Shown piece by piece: positions 15,047-29,993 of a stretch of 64,000 nucleotides of DNA (positions are counted from its first letter, which is position 1; each line of letters begins with the position of its first letter). The stretch lies in assembly GCF_009914755.1 (NCBI RefSeq), contig NC_060927.1; one strand, given 5' to 3'. This stretch comes from the human T2T-CHM13v2.0 reference genome, Homo sapiens. The notes below the pieces were generated by a model. The model worked only from the letters and a program-made list of their open reading frames with translations. It was not told where the DNA came from and searched no databases. The position numbers and the translations under genes were made by a program.

Positions 15047-15110
<64 letters not shown>
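15047..15110. repeat. (TC)32 microsatellite
   Basis: Perfect dinucleotide run. Confidence 0.97.
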
Positions 15111-15114
<4 letters not shown>

Positions 15115-15693
15115 ACATGCTAACTTAAGCCACGATTATCTATGTGAATAAAACTTCCTGATGGAATTTCTAAAAATCTTATGTTATATCATGTTAAACC
15201 CTGGGCTTTTATAAAATGGGAATATAAGAAAAGTATGTTTGTAGTGTGTTTGAGTAGCTTTTAAAAAAACTACTTGAAAGCATTCTCCATTGTTTTAACT
15301 TCGTTTTGTTTTATTTTACATTGTTTTAGGAGCTTACACAATCAGTTCTCCCTTGAATTTAAGGATAAAACTTGTCTTGTTTATAGGAAAATTGGTCTCA
15401 TTGGATAAGATCAAAACAAATCCTATATATTTTTGTCCTAGCTGTCAGGATGTTCAGACCTAACTTAGCATTCAACTATATTAATACTTCCCAGATGTCA
15501 GCCACATTCATTTGCCTGTTATTTTTTAAAATTATATTAAAATTATGCGTAAATAAAAATGTACTCACATTCTCATCATGGACGATGGTTACGGTTTAGC
15601 TTGTAGCTAGTGAAAAGCAAATTTGTGAAAAGTATTGCCTTTATGGAGCATGTTTCTAACTAGCTTTGCAATTTTTTTTTTATCTACATTTAG

Positions 15694-15742
15694 CTTCATC
15701 AAGCAGGATTATTGAAAGGATATTCTCTGGTGCAGTAACAAG
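15694..15742 (+). CDS. PPP2R3A: PPP2R3A coding exon (49 nt): (A)SSSRIIERIFSGAVT(R)
   Basis: T-run and tttag acceptor, gtaaga donor. Phase 1 in and phase 2 out fit both neighbouring exons. Confidence 0.95.
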
Positions 15743-15899
15743 GTAAGAAAACGTTTAATGCTGTGTTTAAAAATGAACTACAAGTAATACCATAACCATC
15801 TCATTTTAGCAAAGCTTCCTGAATAATTTGGCAGTGCTATTGGACCAAATAATATCCTATAAAACATAGTTATGGCTTAATACAAGACAGTAATTCTTT

Positions 15900-18095
15900 T
15901 TTAAAAAAATAATTTCAACTTTTCTGATTCAGGGGGTACACGTGCAGGTCTGTCACATGGGAACACTGGGTGATGATGAGATTTGGTGTATGGAGGATCC
16001 TGTCACACAGGCAGTGAGCACAACACCCAACAGGCAGTCCCTCAGCCCTCACTGTGCTCACTCCCTACCCACTTCAGCAGTCCCCAGTGTCCATTGTTCC
16101 CATCTTTATGTCCATGTGTACTCAGTATTAGCTTCCACTTACAAGTGAGAACATACGGTATTTGGTTTTCTGTTCCTGTGTTAATTCGCTTAGGATGATG
16201 GCCTTCAGCTGCCTCCATGTTGCTGCAGGGACATGATTTCATAATTTTTATGGCTGCATAGTATTCAATGGTATATATGTACCACATTTTCTTTATCCAG
16301 TCTACTGTTGGTAGGCATCTAGGTTGATTCCATGTCTTTGCTATTGTGAATAGTGCTGGATAAACATACAAGTACCTGTATCTTTGTGGTAGAATGATTT
16401 ATTTTCCTTTGGGTATATACCCAGTAATGGGATTGCTGGGTCGAATGGTAGTTCTGTTTTAAGTTCTCTGAGAAATCAACTGCTCTCCACCACAGCTGGA
16501 CCCATTTACATTCCCACTAACAGTGTATAAGTATTCCCTTTTCTCCACAGCCTCACCAGCATGTGTTACATTTTGACGTTTTAGTAGTTGACATTCTGGC
16601 TGTTGTGAGATGGTATCTTGTTGTGGTTTTGATTTGCATTTCTCTAATGATGAATGATGTTGAGATTGTTTCATGTTTGTTGGCTGCCTGTATGTCTTCT
16701 TTTGAGAAGTGTCCGTTCATGTCCTTTGCCCATTTTTAAATGGGGTTGTTTTTTGCTTGTTGATTTAAGTTCGATATAGAGTCTGGATATTAGACCTCTG
16801 TTGGATACATAGTTTAAGAATATTTTCTCCCATTCTGTAGGTAGGTAGTTAAATCTGTTGATAGTTTCTTTTGCTGTGCAAAAGCTCTTTAGTTTAATTA
16901 GGTCCCAATCATCAATTTTTGGTTGTGTTGCAGTTGCTTTTGAGGACTTAGCCATAAATTATTTGCCTAGGCTAATGTCAAGAAGGGTATTTCCTAGGGT
17001 TTTTTCTAGAATTGTTATAGTTTCAGGTCTGATATTTAAGTCTTTAATCCATTGTGAATTAATTTTTTATATGGTAAAAAGTAAGGGTCTGGTTTCATTC
17101 TTCTGCATATAGCTAATCAATTATCCCAGCACTGTTTATTGAATAGGGAGTCTTTTTCCCGTTGTTTGTTTTTATCGACTTTGTCAAATATCAGATGGTT
17201 GTAGGTGTGCAGCTTTATTTCTGGGCTCTCTCTTCTGCTCCATTGGTCTGTGTGTCTGTTTTTGTACCAGTACCATGCTGTTTTGGATACAGTAGCCTTA
17301 TAGTGTAGTTTGAAGTCAGGTACTATGATACCTCTCGCTTGGTTGTTTTTGCTTAAGATTGCTTTAGCTATTGGGACTTTGTTTTTGGTTCCATATGAAT
17401 TTTAGAATGGTGTTGTTTTTTTTTTTTTCTTAAAAAAAAACTAGTCTGTGAAAAACGACATTAGTTTAATAAGAATAACATTGAATCTGTAGATTGCTTT
17501 GGGGAGTATGGCTATTTTAACGATATTGAATCTTCCTATCCATGACCATGGAATGTTTTTCCATTGGTTTGTGTTATCTCTGATTTCTTTCAGCAGAGTG
17601 TTGTAGTCCTCCCTGTAGAGATTTTTCACCTCCTTGGTTAGCTGTATTCCTAGGTATTTTATTTTGTGTGTGTGTGGCTATTGTAAATGGGATTGCATTC
17701 TTGATTTGGCTTTCAGCTTGAATGCTATTGGTGTATTGAAATGTTACTGATTTTTATACATTGATTTTGTATCCCGAAACTTTAATGAAATTATTATTAG
17801 TTCTGAAAGCGTTTTGGCTTAGTTTTCAGGCTTTTCTAGGTATAGAATCATGTTGTCAGCAAAGAGAGATAATTTGACTTTTCCTATTTGGATGTGTTTT
17901 ATTTCTTTCTCTTGCTTGATTGCTCTGGCTAAGACTTCCAGTACTATGTTGAATAGAGTGGTGAGAGTGGTCATCCTTGTCTTGTTCTTGTTCTTAAGGG
18001 GATTGCTTCTAGCTTTTGTCCATTCAGTATAATGCTAGCTATGTGTTTGTCATAACGGCTCTTATTATTTTGAGGTATCTTCCATTGATGCCTAA
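15900..18095 (-). mobile_element. 5'-truncated old primate L1 (about L1PA15-17), antisense to the gene
   Basis: Minus-strand ORF2 fragments ([41 protein letters not shown]) plus an L1 3' UTR. Confidence 0.9.
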
Positions 18096-18388
18096 CATGA
18101 GTATTAATCCTATATCTAAATACAGGTAACAGCATTTTATCCCAGTGATTATTTGCATTCATATTAAAAGCCAGATTTCTTTTCTTCATATTTGCAAATG
18201 CCTTCTGGTTTCACCCTCTAGACCTTTGAAAATAAGATAGGCTGTGGAAGGGTTGCCCTTTATGAGGCATTTAGCATTATAATTTAAAAAATTTTAACTG
18301 ACATACTACTTTATTTCTTAGCCTATCATCCTGATAAATGGTTCTGAGTAATTGCTCAGGAAATTTTATAACCATGTGTTTTCTTTAG

Positions 18389-18478
18389 GGGAAAAACAAT
18401 ACAGAAAGAGGGAAGAATGAGCTATGCAGATTTTGTTTGGTTTTTGATCTCTGAAGAAGACAAAAGGAATCCTACCAG
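18389..18478 (+). CDS. PPP2R3A: PPP2R3A coding exon (90 nt, phase 2-2): GKTIQKEGRMSYADFVWFLISEEDKRNPT(S)
   Basis: ttctttag acceptor, gtatga donor. B'' motif MSYADFVWFLISEEDK. Confidence 0.96.
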
Positions 18479-19144
18479 GTATGATTTCTAAGTTTCCTTT
18501 GCCAAGATGTTAAACACATGCACAAAGCTTGAAAAAGTCATGGTGTATATTATACCTAGTGAGGCCAACTCAACGTGGCAATACTAAGATGAATTAGACT
18601 TAGTTTCTGCCGTCTCGGAGCTCTCCGTCTCAGGAGATTGGCACTGAATCCATGTTCATGGCATATCAAGAGAAGTGCTGTTACCCACAGAAACAAAGGT
18701 GAAGTGACATGTAAGCTGATGACAAGTAGGGCTAGTAAGCATTCATGTGGAATATGGGAATAGATGCTATGAATTACTTGTTTTATCATCTTACTGGTTG
18801 AATGGTAAACCATTACTATTAGAGAGGGAAAGCAAATTGTGGATGACTAGTATATAAGAACACATCCTCAGTCTGCCAGTTGAAATCATCTATGCTTTTC
18901 CTTGGCACTCCCAGACATAGCTTGATTGGAGTTATTAATTTACACATTTCTTTCTTTCCATGTCTTGTTTAGGCAAAAAATCTAGATGCCTCGCTTCTTA
19001 TCCCTACTTTGTGTAACACAACGCACTGTAGTTTGTGCTCAGTACCAAGGGATGGAGGGGTTATAGACCTTGATGGTACTTGCAGGTACAGCTAACTCAA
19101 CTATCTTAATATTGATTCGAAAAGTTATCTAAATGTTGTATATG

Positions 19145-19440
19145 TCCAGGTATGGTGGCTCACATCTGTAATGCCAGAACTTTGGGAAGCCAAGGCAGGA
19201 GGGATTGCTTGAGGCCTGGAGTTTGAAATCAGCCTGGGAAACATAACGAGACTCCATCTCTACAGATAAATGTTTTAAATAGCTGGGAATGGTGATGCAC
19301 ACCTGTAGTCCTAGCTACTCGAGAAGCTGAGGCAGGAGGATCACTTGAGGGCAGGAGTTTGAGGCTGTAGTGAGCTAGGATCATGCCATTATACTCCATC
19401 CTGGGTATAGTGAGCAGGACACCAACTCTAAAAAAATAAA
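19145..19440 (+). mobile_element. Alu (J-type)
   Basis: Diverged dimeric Alu. Confidence 0.88.
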
Positions 19441-19663
19441 TGTTGAATATATTGTTTAGAAGATGTTGAAATAAAAATAAGCCATTTCTTGGAGAGCTTG
19501 TTAGATTATTTTTAAATAACTTTGTTTTCCATTTCAAAAGTAATAATTTATTTAGAAAACATGAATGAGCAGAAGAAAAATAAATTTTAATACCAGTAAT
19601 TTTAATACCCAGAAAAAAATATTAAAAGTTCATATATATGCTACTCTTTTTCATATACCAGCA

Positions 19664-19857
19664 GAGTAGAGTATCTCTTATCTGAAATTCTTGAGATCAG
19701 AAGTGTTTCAGATTTTGGATTTTTTTCAGATTTTGAACTGTTTGTTACACTTACCAGTGAGCATCCCAAATCTGAAATCCAAAATTCTCCAGTGAGTATT
19801 TCCTTTGAGTATGAGTTTTGAGTGTCTTGTTGGTACTCAAAAAGTTTTGGATTTTCA
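19664..19857. mobile_element. Tigger4/MER46-like DNA transposon fragment
   Basis: gagcatcccaaatctgaaatccaaaa and cagattttggatttt motifs. Confidence 0.65.
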
Positions 19858-20150
<293 letters not shown>

Positions 20151-20647
20151 ATATATATTAAAGATCTAAATGAAATGAAGACATCCCATGTTCATGGATC
20201 ATTGTTAAGATGGCAGTAATTCCCAAACTGATCTACAGATTCCTAACAAAATACTAGTTAGTTTGAGTCAAAAGCTTTTTTTGTTTTTCGATGGTTTTTA
20301 TTTTTTTTCCAGAAATGGAAAAGCTGAATATTAAATTCCTATGGAAATACAAAGGGACCACAGTAACCAAAACAATGCTGAAAAAGTACAGAAAAAATGT
20401 AGGACTCATATTTCCCTATTCCAAAATATTTCACTACAAAGTGAAAGTAAACAACTCTGTGTGGTACTCGTATCATGATGGACATAAAAATAAACAAAAT
20501 TGAATTGAGAGTTCAGAAATATATCCTCACATTTAGGGCTAATTGATTTGCAACAAGGATGCTGGATGCCAGGACGATCCAATGGGGAAAAAAAACAGTG
20601 TTTTTAATAAATAGTGCCGGAACAACTGGATATCATACAAAATAATA

Positions 20648-20727
20648 TTAGGTTGGTGCAAAAGTAATTGTGGTTTTTGCAATTTCTTTTGGTGGCCAAA
20701 ACTGCAATTACTTTTGTACCAACCTTA
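20648..20727. mobile_element. MADE1 (Hsmar1-derived 80-bp MITE)
   Basis: ttaggttggtgcaaaagtaattg...caattacttttgtaccaacctta palindrome, preceded by TA. Confidence 0.92.
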
Positions 20728-20930
20728 CCTTTGGACCCCTAGTTCACATACTACAAAAATTAAGTCAAATGGATCACAGCCCAAAATGTATGAGCTAATG
20801 CTATAAAAAATTCAGAAGAAAATAGAGGAGTAAATTTTCACGACCTTGGCTAGGCAGTTTCTTAGATGTGACACCAAAAGCATAAGTATCAAAAGAAAAA
20901 GTCAATGAATTGGACTTCATCAAAATTTTA

Positions 20931-21235
<305 letters not shown>

Positions 21236-23214
21236 TAATACTTTTGTGCATCAAAAGATATGATCAAGAAAGTAAAAAGACAACCCACAGCATGGAAGAA
21301 GATATTTGCAGATGATATATATGATAAGGAACTTGTATCTAGAACATATAAACAACACTTACAACTCAATAATAGACTGACCAGTTTAAAAAATGGACAA
21401 AGGATCTGATTAGATGTTTCTCCAAAGAAGATATATGCATGGCCAATAAGCACATGAAAAGATGCTTGACATCATTAGTCATCAGAGAAGTGCAAATCAA
21501 AACCACAATGAGATACCACTTCACACTAGGATAGTTATCAAAGAGTCAGATAATAACAGGTGCTGCCAAGCAGGTGGAAAAATCGGAACCCTCATACATT
21601 ACAATAGGAATGTAAAATGGTGCAGCCGTTACAGAAAAGTCTGACATTTCCTCAAATGGTTAAACATATCATATGACCTAGCAATTCCACTCCTTAGGTA
21701 TATACTCAAGATATATGAAAACATGTCCACACAAAAACTTGTACACCCATTTTCATAGCAGCGTCATTCACAATAGCCAAAAGTTGGGATCAGCCCAAGA
21801 TAAACAAATGTGATCTATTCATATAACCAAGTATTATACAGCAGTAAAGAGAAATGAAATACTGATACATACTACACACGACTGGATCTTGAAAACCTTA
21901 TGTAAAGTAAAAGATGCCAGTCACAAGACACCACATACTGTATGAATTCATTTATATGAGTTGTCCAGAATAGACAAATGTATAGAAACAGGAAATAGGT
22001 TAATGGATGCCTAATCCGTGGAGAGCCTGTGGTGAAATGAGGAATGAGTGCTAATGGGTATGGAGTCTCTTTTTGTAGGTGATGAAAGTGTCCCTATATT
22101 AATTGTAGTGATGGTTATACAACTCTGTGAATGTTAAAAACCCTTGAATTGTACATTTTAAAAGGAACAATTATATGATATGTGAAATATATTTTGGTAA
22201 GCCTGTTTAAAAAAAAGACTTAGAATACTAGAAAGTATGTTCTGTAAACAAAATGGAATTAATGTAGAAATCAATATGAGAAAGACAACTGGAAAATCTC
22301 CACACACTTGGGTATTAAACAACACACTTCTAAATAATCTATGGATTAAAAAGGATGACTCAAGGGGAATTAGATATTCACGAAGTAATAAAGGAATGCT
22401 ACAAATAACGTATACATACACAGATATGGTGACCTCAATGAAATGGACCAATTTCCTTTAAAGTCACAAATTAATAAAACTCACCTAAAAAGAAATACAT
22501 AACCTGAATAGTCAGATGTCTATTAAAGAAAATTGAATTCACAGTTTAGAACCTCCTGAAAAAGAAATCTCCCAGCCCTGATAATTTAATTGTATTCTTA
22601 CAGTCATTTGAAGAAGAAATAATACTGAATTCTGCACCACATTTTCCAGAAAACAGAAAGGGAAGGAATAATTCCCAACTCATTTTATAAACAAAACCAG
22701 ACAAACACATACCAGAGAATAAAACTACAGACTGACATCCCTCTTGAATATAGACCCAAAATCAGTAACAAAATACTAGTAAGTCAAGGCTTAGTTCCTC
22801 AAACTTTCAGGTCCCTCTTCCAGAATCTGCAGATGCCCCAAGGGAAAGATGGTCCCAAATGCTAGGTGCCCCTCTCTGGATTTTCTTCTAGATCTGGATA
22901 CCATAATTCTTCACTGCCCTGTTAATTCTCCAGCATCTTTGAACTGTTTTTTTTTTCTATGGGGGGAGGTCCCCTCAGTTTCCTCAGTGGAAGGCATGAT
23001 CCCACTTAGGTAATCATTAGCAGAAGTGGAGCTCTTCAGATCAGTTTTTCACATCATGAGATCCATAACTGGATTCTCATAGAATGTTACCAACAAAGGT
23101 TTTTTGAGTCAAAAGCTTTCTTAGACCTCCTTTGGTGCTCCTTTTCTACCTTGCATGTTGCCTTTCTCCTAACAGCTCACATATTGAGATTCCATTCTTT
23201 GCCAGTGACTAGTA

Positions 23215-23385
23215 TTTTATATGTAATGGCTTATTTAATCCTCATATCACTATGAGTTGAGGTGTCAGTGGTCCCATTTTTCAGTTGATGAAACAGAAGC
23301 TCTAAGAGACTGTGCAGCTAGTAAGTGTCCTAGCTTGGATTCAGACTCAGGTTTGTATCTCTCCCAAACCTGGACTCTACCACTA
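23215..23385 (-). mobile_element. MIR
   Basis: tttaatcctca...cccatttttcagttgatgaaacagaagctc MIR core. Confidence 0.7.
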
Positions 23386-23683
23386 TATGGCCTGTCATCC
23401 AGATGCCATTCATTTGCATGTCTACCTTCTTTCCAAGTAGGCTGTAGACTCCCTAAAAGAGAGTTCTTTTTGTGTCATGAAATTGCTTGTTGCTTAAGAG
23501 AATCAAAATTAGGCCAATTATATAAGAAAATAACTACTGATTTTGCCCATTGATACTTGTTTCCTTGGTTTCTAGTGGCACTTACTAGGTACCCTGCATG
23601 TTATTCTCAGTGGTTCACATTGCTTTACTAAAGCAGAGTGTGAGCAGAAAATAGTGTCCACCATTTTGGCAAAAATGTCAGTA

Positions 23684-24042
23684 CAGATGCTCCTCCACTT
23701 ACAGTAGGGCTACATCCTGGTAAACTCAGCATCACTTGAAAATATAAGTCAAAAATTATTTAATACACCTAACCTACTGAACATTATACCTTAGTCTAGC
23801 CAGCCTTAAATATGCTCAGAACACATCTTAGCCTACATTTGGGCAAAATCATCTAGCACAAAGCCTACTTTATAATAAAGTATTGAGTATCTCATATAAT
23901 TTATTGAATACTGTACTGAAAGTGAAAACAGAATGATTGTATTGGTACTTAAAGTGCAGTTTCTAATGAGTGCATGTGGCTTTCACCCCATTGTAAAGTC
24001 AAAAAATTCTAAGTCAAACCATCATAAGTCAGGGACTGTCTA
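23684..24042. mobile_element. MER47A-like TcMar-Tigger element
   Basis: cagatgctcctccacttac...taagtcagggactgtcta imperfect terminal inverted repeats, TA flanks, ~360 bp. Confidence 0.8.
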
Positions 24043-24635
24043 TAGAATGAAAATCAAACTCTTATTTAAGAAAATGGAACAGGCACCACTTTGCAGAAAT
24101 GGGGTTTCTGGCTTATGAATTACATGGGTTGAAAAAATGAATTTCCTAAAAAAAGTAATACATTCACTAAGGTGTGATTAATCCTGCGTGAAATGCTGCG
24201 TACGAAATTAGGATCTAGAGTCTTTCCTATGCCTGGTAACAGAGGTAGATATGGGAAGAATCTGGGTAGATTGTTTTCTGTGGACAAACTCTTGCAAACC
24301 CTCTTTTAGTATGTCCTTTAATCTCTCTGTCCTGGTTTTTATCATATTCTGCTTCTACCTTAGTCATCTGGCTAGATATCATCTCCAGGAGCTATTTCAT
24401 TCACCTTTGTTATGCCTAAGGGCACTAGGCCAGTGCTTTTCACAGTAGTAAATAATAAAATATGTATATTGAATATGCAACAGAATATACATTTAATTAC
24501 TGCCTAAGCAATAATGGAGTTTCCAGTAACTTTCTTCTTGAGTAGCATACAGGAGTTTATATTAGGGGTAAGAAATCACTTGCTCAGCACTTAATTTCAT
24601 TCAGTCCAAGGAAAGGACAAGAAGTAATCTTAGCT

Positions 24636-24795
24636 CATGGCTGTAGTCCCAGCTACTTGGGAGGCTGAGGCACAAGAATCGCTTGAACCCGGGGGTTGGG
24701 GAGGAGGTGAGGAAGGTTGCAGTGAGCTGCGATCATGTCACTGCACTCCAGCCTGGGTGACAGAGCGAGACTTTGTCTCACACACACACAAAAAA
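24636..24795 (+). mobile_element. Alu right-arm fragment
   Basis: ctgtagtcccagctac...gagactttgtctca. Confidence 0.85.
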
Positions 24796-25927
24796 TGTAA
24801 TTTTGTTTATGTCTACAATATTAGAAATATAATTTGTCATTAATATCATTATGCTTTGAAAAACCAAATATTGGTGGTAAATATAGCAGAAATCTAACAC
24901 TAGTGCTCTCTGGTCAGTTATTCCTTCTGTGTTTTCTGTTTTCCAATTTTCCTACAATAAATAGTCAATACTTTTAGGCTCTGAGAAGATCAGTTACCTT
25001 TGGTAAGAAAAAAAAAAAAAGAATCTGCAATGAAAGAAACTTTAGAGAGTATCCAGTACTTTCAATAAGAAAATACCCTCTGAACATGTCCTGCATGTAT
25101 TATCCATCCAGCCCCTGCTGCTAAACTTTTCAGGGACAAGTAACTATCCACTGAGGCAGCCTGTTCATTTTTCTCTTTCGTTCATTGATCCTTATAGTCT
25201 CCAATATTCAGAGAATTATATCTGTTTGATCTACCACATCTTTCAGATATTTAAAAGCAGTTATGTGCTTTTGGCAAATATTCAGGCAGTATATCTATCT
25301 TTGCATTCTAGCTTTCTTTCTCTCTTACGGGCTATTAACAAAGAACTGAAGGGTATGCTTTAGCTTTATTTATTGTAAAGAGAAGATTGTCTTAGTTCTT
25401 AATTGAAAATGCAAGTAATTAAATTATTTCAGTTTCTATTTCACAGTAAAATAAGTTGTCTTTCACTTCAGTCCTGTTAAATCCTTGGTCAAAATCAAGA
25501 TTTACTTTATTCCCTTTTGCCTGATTTTGGTTCTCTTAAGATAATTAATGAGGAATTTCAAGACACAAAGAGATCTTAGAGGCCAGAGGCCACTCCCCTG
25601 CCCCTTTTGTACTGAAACCATTATTACTTAAAAAAAAAAGTCCCAACAGTGTAACAACCAGATATTATTACATGTATTGCAGCCCTCTGCTTATGAGATG
25701 TAACTCTTCAAGGTTTTCCCCACAATCAGGAATAGTTTGACAGTGGGGCAGCATTCTGCCCCTTTTATATTCTGAGAGTAGATATGATATGACTGAACCT
25801 CACCATAGCCAACCTATTACCTCACATTCATTAGGTTCAATGAATGTCCCCCTTTGTTCTTTAATAATAATGTTAAACATCAAGTTGGTACAATTTTTAA
25901 AATATATTTCTCAAAAAGACTTTGCCC

Positions 25928-26156
<229 letters not shown>

Positions 26157-27519
26157 TTACATGTTCAATTTTTTGCAATAATGTAAACTATATCTTTCTC
26201 AGAAAAGGTACACACAGATCTTAATGTGACTTACTTGAAAACAGTCAACAGTTACAACTTAGTTATTTTCACTTTTCTCTCCCCAAAGGAGATTTTCTTT
26301 TAACCATTAAAGGTGTGGTTCTTAATATGGTTTCAGGCCTACAAGTGGGAATTTGAACAGCGGTCTCCTAGAACCTTCTCTTGAAAAGTTTTACTTTGCC
26401 ATGAATTTGTGGTTCTTTAGAAAAACATTGTTCCCTATTACCAATTAATGTTGTTGGCTTCATAAAGGAAATGAGAAATAATAACAAAGTATTGGAAACT
26501 GGAAAGCAAATAAACATAGCAGACTGCCTGAATCCTAAGCCAGCTGAGGGAAAAACCAAGAAGCAACCAGATATACCCAGCAAAACCTGCAGACATTCAG
26601 GATTTGGGGATACTAGGAACCTTGGAAGTGGGGGTGGGGTAAAGGTAAAGCCAAAACAGGAGAGTTTATAGAAAGTTTGTTTAAATGAACAGTTGATCTT
26701 CAGGTCATGTCCTCTACCCTAGCATAAAACTGGTGCTTTATTCCCTGGAGAACATAAAACAGAGGGTCTCCGGACTGGGGAGCATTGGGCACAGTTGAGA
26801 TGTGAATGTGATCTTGAAAACAGATAAAATGAGTGTATGCATACTGAATGCTGAGACGCCCAGTCTTCATTCCTCACTCAGCTAACAGAATGCTGCCTAC
26901 CTGCCCTGAACCTCCAAGCAAGAAACTGAAATGCTTTTCTGGGGAACTGACCTGCCCAAGAATAAAGACCTGAAGATTCGACACTGGGTCATCCCCAAGG
27001 AAAAAAACCAGCCCATTCATTTTACAGTAAAGCCCAGAGTCAACAAACCCACAGATCAGAACCTCCAATCAGCTTTTTAGCACCTACTCTCAAATATGAG
27101 CAGAGAACAGAGGATCACTAGATACCTGAGTAAAGCCTCTTGCACAAAAGATAAAGGCCAGACAAATAGAGGGGGAAAGATAACTTGGATGAAACAGACT
27201 TTCAGAGAAAATAAAACATTACAAGAAAAAAAACACAGTGATTAATATCCTCAGAGAGACTATGAGAAGAAATTAGAGTACAGGACATGAACAGAATGAT
27301 ACTTTCTATGAAAGGAACATTCAGGAAACCAAAAAGCTCTTTGAGTAATCAAAACTACAATAGCAGAAATAAAAAAACAATGTTTAGAAGATAAAGCTGT
27401 GTAACCCTCCCAGAAAGAAACCCCCTCCCCCAAAAAAGATGAAACAATAGGAAATAGAGACAAGATACGAAAATTGGAGAAACAGATCAAAAAAATTTTA
27501 ATATAACTGGAAAATGAAA

Positions 27520-27710
27520 TATGGTACAGGCCACATAGGTAATTTTAAAATTTAGCCACAATGGAAAAATTTAAAAATAGGTAAAATTAATTTTGTTGTA
27601 TATCTGTTTTGTATTTGCACTGAGAAAACATCTCAAATTTGATTAGCCACATTTCAGATGCTCAAAAGGCCACATGCGGCTAGTAGCTATACCATTACTG
27701 GGCTATGTAG
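27520..27710. mobile_element. MER3-like hAT element
   Basis: tagccacatttcagatgctcaaaaggccacatgcggctagtagcta signature. Confidence 0.7.
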
Positions 27711-28013
27711 ATCTCAATAACAGTTCTTAAAAAAAAAAAAAAAAGAGAAGGAGGGAAAGGGCAGGGAAGAGAGATACAAACATTTTCAAGGACTGAAGGA
27801 TTCAGTTTCCAAACTGAATAGGCTCTCAGAAAAGCCCAGCCAAATAGATGAGCTAGATCTCAACCAAGGCCATCATGATATTTCAAACTACTAAGGACTC
27901 AGAGAAACCTCTGCGGGCTTCTAAGAGGCAAAAAACAAAATGGGTTACAGTCAAAGGAATAGATACCAATAAAGCTTTAGACTTCTCATCAATACTGGAT
28001 AAACAATGGATCA

Positions 28014-28655
<642 letters not shown>

Positions 28656-29211
28656 ATCTGAAGGCAAAACACCACAAACCTCTAATTCTATAACTAGCCA
28701 AAATACCAACCATATTAGAGGGTAGAAAAAAGGCATTTTCAAAGACCCAAGATCTCAAAAAATGTACCTGCCATGCTCTTTCATTCAAGAAGCTACTAGA
28801 GAATGCGCAGAGTAACAAAATAATGAGGAAACAAAGAATGAGGAAAATGCAAGAAACAAGAATTAGGAGAAAGGCGAAAGGAATCCCTGGATGAAACTGA
28901 GCGAGGCCTAGAGACTAAGCAGCCCAGATTAGAGTAGGTCAGAAGCAACCAAGGAAGACTTCATCAAGAACATGCAATTGACAGAGCACCTCATGGAACT
29001 GAGTGTGGATTTAGACAACTGGCAGAATTTGGGGGTTGAATTAGTAGCAAGTACACAGAAAACTAAGCAAATAGATAAAAGAAAAATATAAAATTATAAA
29101 TTCTGAATGTTGAGCAAGTTAACTGTGTTAAGAGGATGAGAAGGGCGTGTAGGTAAAGTGGTGACAAATTACAGAAGAACTAAAGTTCAACTTTCATAAT
29201 GTGAAATCTAC

Positions 29212-29536
<325 letters not shown>

Positions 29537-29817
29537 TCTAATAATAGTTCTGAAAATAAATACAAGAAAGGAGCGATATAGACGTGTTATCTGAAAATAG
29601 GAAGGTAAAAAGCAAAATGGGGTTGAACACGGTTGATTCTGGGTGGAAAAATAAAGGGAAGAAGGGGTCCGCCATTTTCTCTAACAAACTTTGTAAAACT
29701 ATATCTAAGCCTGAAGTGTATGTAATATGTAACTTTTACTTTAAAAGAAACATACTAAATCTGGATAAATAAAAGGTCTTTACCAGGCCCATGATAATGA
29801 TTGTCCTTATCATCTAG

Positions 29818-29993
29818 CATTGAGTATTGGTTCCGCTGCATGGATGTGGATGGAGACGGTGTACTCTCCATGTATGAGCTGGAGTACTTCTATGAGGAGC
29901 AGTGTGAACGGATGGAAGCCATGGGAATTGAGCCCTTGCCATTCCATGATTTACTGTGCCAGATGCTTGACCTAGTGAAGCCAGCTGTTGATG
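29818..29993 (+). CDS. PPP2R3A: PPP2R3A coding exon (176 nt) with EF-hand 2: IEYWFRCMDVDGDGVLSMYELEYFYEEQCERMEAMGIEPLPFHDLLCQMLDLVKPAVD(G)
   Basis: ctag acceptor, gtgaga donor. Canonical EF loop DVDGDGVLSMYE; lies within ORF 29801..30094. Confidence 0.97.

Noticed and set aside
17415-17440. Poly-T next to poly-A resembling a terminator hairpin
   Set aside because: Homopolymer expansion inside an L1; no bacterial context.
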